Source: Oopsacas minuta (taxonomy: Eukaryota > Animalia > Porifera). Taken from it: a stretch of 30,937 bases of DNA. The stretch covers positions 1-30,937 of the forward strand of contig JAKMXF010000052.1 in NCBI GenBank assembly GCA_024704765.1, written 5' to 3'. The notes under the pieces were generated by a model. It was not told where the DNA came from. It worked only from the letters and a program-made list of their open reading frames with translations, and did no database searches. The position numbers and the translations under genes are program-made. How positions within the stretch are numbered: position 1 is the stretch's first letter; each line of letters begins with the position of its first letter. This document shows positions 22,318 to 30,937 of the stretch, piece by piece.

Positions 22318-22911
22318 CACAGTCCAACAAATTTTCAGCATTTTTTGCTCTAGAATACACGGTAGTGTTTCTTATGTATTCAAGTACCCTGATTGCAAAT
22401 ATCCAATCAGTTTTTCCCTATCAGGCAAGGATTTTGAAAAATTCAATACTTTGTTTTCTCATTGTCCCAGTGCATTCCTATAAATATATCTCTTTAGTTT
22501 GGCTAATATAGTGCACACTTATGATTAAATTACAAAGAAAATTGTTAATTGGTTTAGCATTTATTATACGAATTTAGAAATTCTTGGAATATAATTATCT
22601 TTTGTATGTGGCATCAGAAATATATCTTTTTAGTGACCAACAATCATCAGCCATCATGTTTGGAGAGAACTTTCCATTGTACTCATATCTTGATGAATTC
22701 TTTCACCAAATTCATTACTCATAGCACCTAGATTTTCTGGAAAAAATTGCAAAATGTGAGTGAAGAAACTGTATTTTAGAGACATGTTACATCCCATTGT
22801 TTTGAATACATCAAGTAATGTCACAACAAGTTCTTCATAAATTGGTGATTTCTTAGTTCCTACAAAGTTCTCATTTAAAGATTTGAAAGAATTCCATGGT
22901 GCTTTCTCGAC
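22318..22911 (-). mobile_element. Chapaev3-type transposon, 3' end with TIR
   Basis: Terminus CACAGTCCAACAAATTTT preceded by TCA. C-terminal motifs MGCNMSLK, FPENLGAMSNEFGERIHQDMSTME, MMADDCWSLKR. 22785-22911 matches 6699-6825 (126/127). Confidence 0.85.
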
Positions 22912-22912
22912 N

Positions 22913-24298
22913 GTTTCATATGTTAAGGGACATGCCTCAACCTGGTCCTGCAGGAAGCTGTGAGACAGGGTGCTTCCATGAAGAGATGCATTGACATAAT
23001 ACAGTCAGTGACTGTCTATGTGAAGAGTAGCCCGAGAAGGCTTGCTTCGTTCACTGAATTCGAGAACGGGGGAGAAGATTATGTGGAGACTGAGAAGTTG
23101 AAAAAGTTGTGTCCAACGCGATGGGTCATGCGGATGCCGGTTGTGAGAGCAATACTTCAGAACTACGCACACTTACTGGATTGGTTCCAGGAGCAAATCT
23201 CGGAAGGAAAAATAGAAGACAAGCAAGCAACCCTCATTCACATCAACAGCCTTAGCGACTTCTATGTTTTCTTTTCTTTGAATACTCTGATGGACTGGTG
23301 GAGATAGTGCATCCAATACACAAGTGGGTTCAAGGAGTTAACATCACGATTTCAGAAACCAGAAAGTTCTTCGCGACGCTAGCTAGACTGCTGCATCTTG
23401 AGGCTGTTGTCCAAGGTTATGAGTTCTGCCGCCAGTGCAAGGCTACTTCCGAGGAAATGGACCTAGAGGGTTCCACTGTTCCAAGGGGTCTAAATATTTC
23501 AGAGAAACGTCGTATTGGAGGGAGAATAGTTCCAGTTACTGAGTCCGACATCGAGACGTACTTCATGTCTCAGTATAGGGCTCTCTTTCAAACTGCACTC
23601 GATGAGATCGAGGAACGTTTCCATGTGGACGAGGCTATTGTGGCCCTAGAAGATGTTCTGATTCGTTATCCAGAGCCTGAGGCATCAGAGGTAGCCATCA
23701 GGGCTGTTAGTGAGGTGTTCACAGCGGATGTGGATGCCAAGGCCCTAGACGTGAGGTGAAGACAGTGAGGCTAATTAAACCGGACAGAAATGAGCAGCAT
23801 GTTCTGGACTTTGTGTCAGAATTTCAGTCTGATTCCATGTTGCGCGTGGTCCTACCTAACATTTGTTCCTGTTTACGTCTGCTCTCTGTCCAAGCTTCAC
23901 CCACTTGTACTGCAGAGCGCACCTTCTCTGTTATCAGGAGGCTGAGGACGTACATCAGAAGCACATGTGGTCAAGCTCATTTCAATCACGGAGCAATCTG
24001 TCACGTCCACGCTGACCGCTTGGACAAAGTCAATATCCAAGACGTAGTGGATGAATGGAGAGATTCCAAAGGCATAGCGGTGAGACAGAATCAGGTGGCC
24101 TCAAGGGTGGAGTGAAACAACAAATAATATGTATGAAATCCAAATGACCCAAATATTTAATCTGTACCAATATTTGTTAGTACAAGTGAAGTTAATATCT
24201 AAAGTCGGGCGCAGTTGTTACAGCCACTCTACTGACCCCTTCTAAAATTTTCTAGGAGGGGGCGCATGCCCCCCTGCGTCCCCGTGTTTGCGCCTATG
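22913..24298 (+). mobile_element. hAT-A (ZMYM1/Tip100-Blackjack-like), 3' half with 3' TIR
   Basis: LNLVLQEAV, VKSSPRR, KKLCPTRWVMR, and dimerisation motif CTAERTFSVIRRLRTYIRST in ORFs 22960..23307, 23298..23759 and 23756..24115. End reads CATAGGCGCAAACACGGGG on the minus strand at 24298. Confidence 0.88.
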
Positions 24299-24637
24299 AT
24301 GGAACTGCATAGTCTGACGCAAGTTTGGTTATGTACAAGTGTCGGATTTACTGTGCTACTGCAATTTGCTTGTGATTTCCAGACTCCACATTGTCGGATT
24401 AAATAGGTTCATTGTACATTTCTGTCGAGATAATTAGTAATCGATCAGAATTTTTCCATTCTTTTATCCTGTTCTATAAAAATAATACTTCCCTTGATCA
24501 TATCCTCGGAAATTTTTGACAAATTTGTTCCATATACTTCATAAAGTGAATGGTTAATATTCATATACGGTTTAAGTTGCATATTTCCTAACGCTATTGT
24601 GTTCACATGTCTAGACATTTAATCTATAAAATATATA

Positions 24638-25015
24638 CAGTCAGGTGGCAAAAGTATTCGACCACACAAATATATTGTCATAAATTGTATACTCTTTCCC
24701 GCTCCTATATATTGTGTAGTCTATATTCGTAGCTACTATCTAGTAATTTGTATAGAATAACACATGTTTTTCAAGAATTTCAAAAAAATATTTTAGATTG
24801 ACACTTTTTGAAGGTGTTAATTATTAATAATTATTAGATAATTATTGATAATCAAAATATGTGGTAATTCAAAACCTATTAAGAATTTATAATTTCTGAC
24901 TTGATATTTGAATTCTACGTAGGCGAGTTACCCCAGATTGAAATTTCCAATCGGATTGAGCCATTTTTACCAGAGTTATAGATGAATTTCAATTTTGTGC
25001 CATTTGTGCCACCTT
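24638..25015. mobile_element. One end of a further Tc1-like element, truncated by the gap
   Basis: TA followed by CAGTCAGGTGGCAAAAGTATTCGACCAC, a Tc1-type terminus. No partner TIR in the window. Confidence 0.5.
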
Positions 25016-25950
25016 NNNNNNNNNNNNNNNNNNNNNNNNNNNNNNNNNNNNNNNNNNNNNNNNNNNNNNNNNNNNNNNNNNNNNNNNNNNNNNNNNNNNN
25101 NNNNNNNNNNNNNNNNNNNNNNNNNNNNNNNNNNNNNNNNNNNNNNNNNNNNNNNNNNNNNNNNNNNNNNNNNNNNNNNNNNNNNNNNNNNNNNNNNNNN
25201 NNNNNNNNNNNNNNNNNNNNNNNNNNNNNNNNNNNNNNNNNNNNNNNNNNNNNNNNNNNNNNNNNNNNNNNNNNNNNNNNNNNNNNNNNNNNNNNNNNNN
25301 NNNNNNNNNNNNNNNNNNNNNNNNNNNNNNNNNNNNNNNNNNNNNNNNNNNNNNNNNNNNNNNNNNNNNNNNNNNNNNNNNNNNNNNNNNNNNNNNNNNN
25401 NNNNNNNNNNNNNNNNNNNNNNNNNNNNNNNNNNNNNNNNNNNNNNNNNNNNNNNNNNNNNNNNNNNNNNNNNNNNNNNNNNNNNNNNNNNNNNNNNNNN
25501 NNNNNNNNNNNNNNNNNNNNNNNNNNNNNNNNNNNNNNNNNNNNNNNNNNNNNNNNNNNNNNNNNNNNNNNNNNNNNNNNNNNNNNNNNNNNNNNNNNNN
25601 NNNNNNNNNNNNNNNNNNNNNNNNNNNNNNNNNNNNNNNNNNNNNNNNNNNNNNNNNNNNNNNNNNNNNNNNNNNNNNNNNNNNNNNNNNNNNNNNNNNN
25701 NNNNNNNNNNNNNNNNNNNNNNNNNNNNNNNNNNNNNNNNNNNNNNNNNNNNNNNNNNNNNNNNNNNNNNNNNNNNNNNNNNNNNNNNNNNNNNNNNNNN
25801 NNNNNNNNNNNNNNNNNNNNNNNNNNNNNNNNNNNNNNNNNNNNNNNNNNNNNNNNNNNNNNNNNNNNNNNNNNNNNNNNNNNNNNNNNNNNNNNNNNNN
25901 NNNNNNNNNNNNNNNNNNNNNNNNNNNNNNNNNNNNNNNNNNNNNNNNNA
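25016..25950. other. Assembly gap (935 N)
   Basis: Run of N. Confidence 1.
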
Positions 25951-26644
25951 CAATTCAAGAGGTTTCCAACCCTCAGAATGATCGTATCATCTCAAGCAGC
26001 GTCCAAGACATCCCAGAACAACTTCGATTCATACCGAGAAGGCAAAAGCCAGCTTCGGTCATGGTAGGGGGGAAATCTCTGCAAACTCCCGGACTAATCT
26101 TATTTTTGTTCCGTCTGGTGTGAAAATCAATTCGAAAACCTATCGTTAACTCATTCTGGATCCTGAAGTGAAGGGTTTCGGTTGTAAGAACTTTGGAAAT
26201 ACGAGTTGGACCTTCCAGCAGGATGGAGCTCCAGCTCATACAGCTAACGCTACCCAACAGTGGTTCGAGATCAAAAATAGACTTCATTTCTAAAGAGCAA
26301 TGGCCACCTTCCTGTCCGGACTTGTATCCTATGGACTATTCTGTTTGGTCCATCTTGGAGCAGAAGGTATGCGCAAGTTCTCACGCAAATATTAGCTCTT
26401 TCAAGGCTTGCTTGCAGCGAGAATGGCTGAAAATACCTCAGGATCACTTCCGGCGCGCCGTATACCAATTTTGGACTAGACTCCAAGCTGTGGTAAGTAA
26501 GAAAGGTGGCTATATTGAACAACAATATCTTATTTTAAATTCAACATAAGTAATAAATGATCCAGCAAAGGATTAGCTAGATCTGTTAATGGGTTTATGA
26601 GATATTTCAAATTAAGTTTGGGACAGAACTTTTGCCGCACCCTG
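25951..26644 (+). mobile_element. Second maT (DD37D) element, 3' half
   Basis: IQEVSNPQNDRI, ASVMV, FQQDGAPAHT..WPPSCPDLYPMDYSVWSILE, KKGGYIE. Right TIR reads CAGGGTGCGGCAAAAGTTCTGTCCC on the minus strand, followed by TA at 26645-26646. Confidence 0.88.
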
Positions 26645-26671
26645 TATTCGTTATTTGTATTATAGTATTAA

Positions 26672-27406
26672 TATGTCTCAATCCTCTTCTCCCATATCTA
26701 AGAATGTAAAATCGTGTCAGGAGCTTTAAGACAATCTTTGATGCGTCAGTTCATGGTTTTCACTCATCAGCGTGGAGATTCGCACCCTGAAACGGATGGC
26801 AATGTTCTCACCCAGCAGCCCCAAACCTCTCAGAGCAGCGGACAGACTCAGTCCAGGATGAAAAGACGTCAGTTTCGAGAAGAGTGGAAGATAACCTTTC
26901 CGTGGCTTGTAGCAAGGGACGGGAAATGTTTTTGCAACATGTGCTCGTGGATGATCGAAGGTAAACGCTGGTCTCCTACTGACCAGCTTTCTGCCAAATT
27001 CACCGCAACTGGGTTTTCCAACTGGAAGAAAGTGCTGTCTGGAGCTATGAAGTCGGATGGGAAACACTCTGCTGGAATTTTTCAAAAGCATGAGCGAAGC
27101 GAAGCACATGCGAAGGCTCTAGTTGCTTATACAACCTTGCAACAAGGGAATGATACTGCTAGCCTGCTCAGCGAGACACTCAAGGCGTCAAAGATCAAAG
27201 GAAGAGCTGCTATGACTGCAATATTCTAGTGTTACAGATTTTTGGCCAGAGAAAGACTTCCGTTTCGTGGACATCCTCAAAACTCCGGTAATGCTACCGA
27301 GGTACTCAAGCTGTGCGGAAGGTTCGACCCTTCCATCGCAGAGTGGATCTGCTGATCGTCAACCCAGAACAGTAGCAAAAACACTTGGACTAACTGAGAC
27401 ACTCAG
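26672..27406 (+). pseudogene. hAT-A transposase N-terminus (TTF-type zinc finger)
   Basis: RRQFREEWKITFPWL..CFCNMC..GFSNWKK..KHERSEAH, FLARERLPFRG, GNATEVLKL. Interrupted at 27406 by hAT-B. Confidence 0.85.
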
Positions 27407-30400
27407 CAGTGGCGGAACTAGGACTTTTATTTCCCCGGGCACAACGCAACATCCAACAACCCATAAATTGACCATAAATCAAAGCAAATGTTTTTAGTAA
27501 ATACATGTTCTAGTCTATATTCAACTCTAGCGGATTATAATAAATTATTCTTGTTATCATATTTTTAGTAAATATTGTCAATAACCAATACAAAACTCTT
27601 ATGGTCATACTTATGTAATCCAACGGTTGATGTTACTTGAACAGAACTTCTGAACTACCTCATCTAAATCTAGATTGTATGAGATTGTACTCTCGATGCT
27701 CAAAGTACAGAGGTCTGTGAGCCGCTGGCGACCCCTTGCTGTCCTTAAATAATTTTTCACACGGTTAAGTATAGAAAAAGATCTCTCAGAATGTGCACTG
27801 CTAACACCAATGGTCATTGCGATTCGTATGGCCTTTACTAAGTTTGGAAAGGCAGTTTCTAGAGGTAAAGGCTTCATTAACAAGCTATTGATACTTTCTA
27901 ATTTGAATGCTATCATTGCACGCTTTGCGAGTTTTGATTCAAGATTCAAATGGTAGGAATCAATGTTGTAAGCCTGAACAAATTCATTGATTTCTGCTGC
28001 TTCTAGAAAGTTCCCTGATTTTGGGTTGAAGGGTTGAATTACTTTCATAGGGACTCCACTATTTGTATTAAATCGATGGTTTAATTCTGCTAACAGTCTA
28101 TCAATGACTGGAAGATATAAATTGTTCCTGTATTGTTCTTCCGTAGAAAGGATAGATCGATTACCTAGTGGGGATGAAATTTCACAATTTTCCAAAGAAC
28201 CAGGTAGGTTTCTTTGTCTACGTTGTGAAGGAAAACAGAAATCAATGGCATTTAAGGTTGCAACATCCCGAGCATAAGAAATAATTCTCTCTCACTCTTC
28301 AATAGAGCGTAATTCTTCTAAAATCAAAGCTGTGGCAGAGACTAAATCAACAGCTGTGGAAAAATCTACATGACTACTCTGGAGACATCCAGAGAATACT
28401 TCGTATTGGAAAGATCTTATCAAATATAATAAGAGTAAGCAAAAATTTAAAGGTTTTTATCTGTAATAGAAGTCCATTAGCTTCAATTGCTTTTGAACGT
28501 TCATTCCCATGTCAAAATTCTTCAAGAGTAGCAATTAGTGCATCAAAAGTATAACATATTGAGTTCAATGAACGGTAGCGACAAGACCATCGCTTGTCAG
28601 ACAACTTTGCCAAATTACGAGTTTGTTTGCCAGGATGAAGTAATTGTTGTTTATTTAGATAAATTGGGTGTGCTTTAGATGTTGAAACGAATATGTACAG
28701 AGCTTCTATTACCACTGAAAAAAATCCCAAGCATGTTGTACACTCTTAATGCAATCAACTAAGGCTAAATTCAGTGAATGTGCGTAGCAGTGAACGTATA
28801 TAGCCTTTGGTGCAAACTCTTTGATGCGTGCTTGGACTCCTCTGCACCTCCCGCTCATGACAGAGCACCGTCGTTGGCTTGAGAAACCATATTTAACGGA
28901 TTCAATGCGTTTTCTTTCAACGTGGTTAAGATATGATGAGATAGACTTTCTGCATTTTGCGCTGAAATTTCAACTTAGGTTAAGAATCTTTCGTTTAAGA
29001 TAGAATTAGCATTAACATATCTAACACAGATAGAGAGCTGTTCTTTTTTGCTCGCATCTTTGGATTCATTAGCTATCAAATAACAAAACTCAGCAACACG
29101 GATGTCTGTACATATAAAATCTCGAACCATATTGCCCATAACATTCAGGATTTCATTTTGTATTATGCCTGATAAATATTTGGCATTTTTCTGGCCCATT
29201 TCCATTCTCTTTTTAACTAGAGTATCATGATCAGCAACAACATCGAGAATTTCAAGAAAATTTCCTCTGTTATTAGACTCAATTGATTCATCATGACCCC
29301 GAAGAGAAATCTCGGTTCGACTACATAATAAGAGAACTTCAGCAAATGTTTTCAAATATTGTTCATCAAGGTTGATTCGTTCTCTTCTACCAGTTTCAAG
29401 ACGATGATCAACTGATGTTCCAAAATGTTCATTTATTTTCCAATCCGCCCATTGCATAGCATCAATATGAGATTTAGCAGCAGCGTGACAAGAAATAATT
29501 CCATCCTTTCCTACTGCATGTTTCCAATCATTAAAACCAAGTTTTATAAAAGAATGTTTAGAATATGTTCTGTTCCTTGGAAAAGGCCGGCATGGAAAAC
29601 AATATACCGAATCTTTCGTAATAGAGTACTCTAGCCATTCATAAATGAGGAACCAGTCAGGATTAAACGAACATTTTTTCCTCCGATAGAAGTCCATAGG
29701 GATATAGTTAGGAATCTATCGGGCTGGGTAGGTTTTTCCTGCGGGCCTTTAGAAATATCACTAGGAATAGGGATATCACTGACGCTGGATATGGGAGTAA
29801 CTGTATTTCCATCCCGAGGAAGTGTGATATGCACAAGATGATCTGAAAAGTGTACAGGAATATTCTCATTTGTGTCTCCTAAAAGAGCCAAATTAGCAAC
29901 TTCAATTCCAGCTGTTTCCCGGAAACTAGTAGGAGAATAATATTGAGTTGCATCAGTAAGATTAAATTGCGAAGAAATTGAATCATGAGAATAATTATCA
30001 GGCACAAGACATTGCCGTTTCGCTTGAAAATCAACGAGAGTTAATTGCAACCAAGATTTGGGATTAGACATTATGCTAAATTGTGAAAAAGAAGTTAAAA
30101 GAAAACAGGAGCATTAAATAATTAAAGAAAATACTTATCGTGTTGTAATCACCATTGCGATGATAAATTTCAATAGCTATTGTTAGAAGGCCAATTTACC
30201 TCGAGAAGCTAGAACACTAAATTGCATTCTAAGTACGTGTATTCAAAATTATATCTTCCTAGATTATAATACAATATGGGTTGATAAAAATTAAACTAAC
30301 GAATTGCGTATAATGACGCTCAAGATTAACATAACACGGTCTGATGTTAGTTAAAAATATCGAATTAAGAATAATCTAGTATAATAATTGCACCTATATC

Positions 30401-30498
30401 AGATCCCAGCAACTCAAGGACAATTTTCATTTACCTGGGCATAATCATCATTTACCCGGGCACAGGCCCGGGTAGGCCCGCGTGTAGTTCCGCCCCTG
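27407..30498 (-). mobile_element. hAT-B, full-length ZMYM1-like hAT (3092 bp) nested in hAT-A
   Basis: TIRs CAGTGGCGGAACTA and CAGGGGCGGAACTA; 8-bp TSD ACACTCAG (27399-27406) and ATACTCAG (30499-30506). CCCGGGCA subterminal motifs at both ends. Confidence 0.93.
27611..30071 (-). pseudogene. hAT-B transposase pseudogene
   Basis: FNPDWF..WLEYS..DSVYCFPC, LRGHDES..NRGNFLEIL, IQNEIL, LIANESKD (first catalytic D replaced by N), YVHCYAHSLNL, LSDKRWSCR, SAHSERSFSILNRVKNYLRT. Several frameshifts and stops. Confidence 0.92.
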
Positions 30499-30937
30499 AT
30501 ACTCAGAATGATGTGTTGCTGACTTTGTCACACATGATGCTACGCAAAATAGTCCAAGATGTTCGCAATTGTGGGTATTGGTCTCTGTTAATGGATGAAT
30601 CTCAGGATATCACAGTGAAGGAGCAGGTTGTTTTCGCTGTGCGTATCGTTCACCCAGAAAACTTTGAAGTGTCTGAATAATTCCTCGGATTCGCAGAGAC
30701 AGCTGAAACTACTGGGGATGCACTGGCGAAGCTGGCTGAGGTATCTCTAACTGCAATAGGTCTTGACTTTCAGGGAATGCGTGGGATGGCATTTGATGGT
30801 GCAGCTTCAATGACGGGCAAGAGCACGGGAGTTCGATCCCGCCTGAGAAGCAAATATCCGTTTGCACGGTTTCATATGTTAAGGGACATGCCTCAACCTG
30901 GTCCTGCAGGAAGCTGTGAGACAGGGTGCTTCCATGA
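30499..30937 (+). pseudogene. hAT-A transposase, central part resuming after hAT-B
   Basis: TQNDVLLTL..IVQDV..WSLLMDESQDITVKEQ, FLGF..TTG, AFDGAASMTG..GVRSRL. The last 69 bp are identical to 22913-22981. Confidence 0.9.

Noticed and set aside
8450-22318. Outward-facing Chapaev3 ends bracketing 13.9 kb as a composite or reversed-ends transposon
   Set aside because: Better explained by the contig swap, since the 127-bp overlap and the reunited Tc1 TIRs make them the two ends of one element.
24915-26067. Four long ORFs (325-361 aa) in the supplied track
   Set aside because: Artefacts of translating through the 935-N gap.
24638-26644. 24638 TIR and 26644 TIR as the two ends of one element spanning the gap
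   Set aside because: The sequences differ (CAGTCAGGTGGCAAAAGTATTCG versus CAGGGTGCGGCAAAAGTTCTGTC) and the flanking contigs appear permuted.
26714-26780. Start of ORF 26714..27229 (MSGALRQSLMRQF..) as the true hAT-A N-terminus
   Set aside because: Non-ATG start. An upstream ATG near 26672 in another frame suggests a frameshifted pseudogene rather than an intact gene.

Overview
AT-rich eukaryotic (invertebrate-like; taxon not determinable from sequence) scaffold that is essentially a transposon graveyard. It holds decayed copies of two Tc1 (DD34E), two maT (DD37D), four hAT, one Chapaev3-type CMC, one FLYWCH-MULE, one 'Mutator-like'/Kolobok-type, one Ginger1-like and one LINE endonuclease fragment, plus MITEs, two tandem arrays and a PARP-domain pseudogene. 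No intact long ORF, RNA gene or CRISPR array was seen. Three single Ns (6685, 16330, 22912) and a 935-N gap (25016-25950) split the window into five contigs, and end overlaps indicate that two contig pairs are in the wrong order. Joining 22911 to 6826 rebuilds a full Chapaev3 element nested in a full Tc1. Joining 30937 to 22982 rebuilds one hAT that itself carries a nested hAT. The most novel-looking biology is a Ginger1-like Gypsy-type integrase whose reading frame continues into a complete USP (peptidase C19)-fold cysteine protease domain (13439-14260, minus strand). All family assignments come from recalled motifs read by eye; no database search was run.
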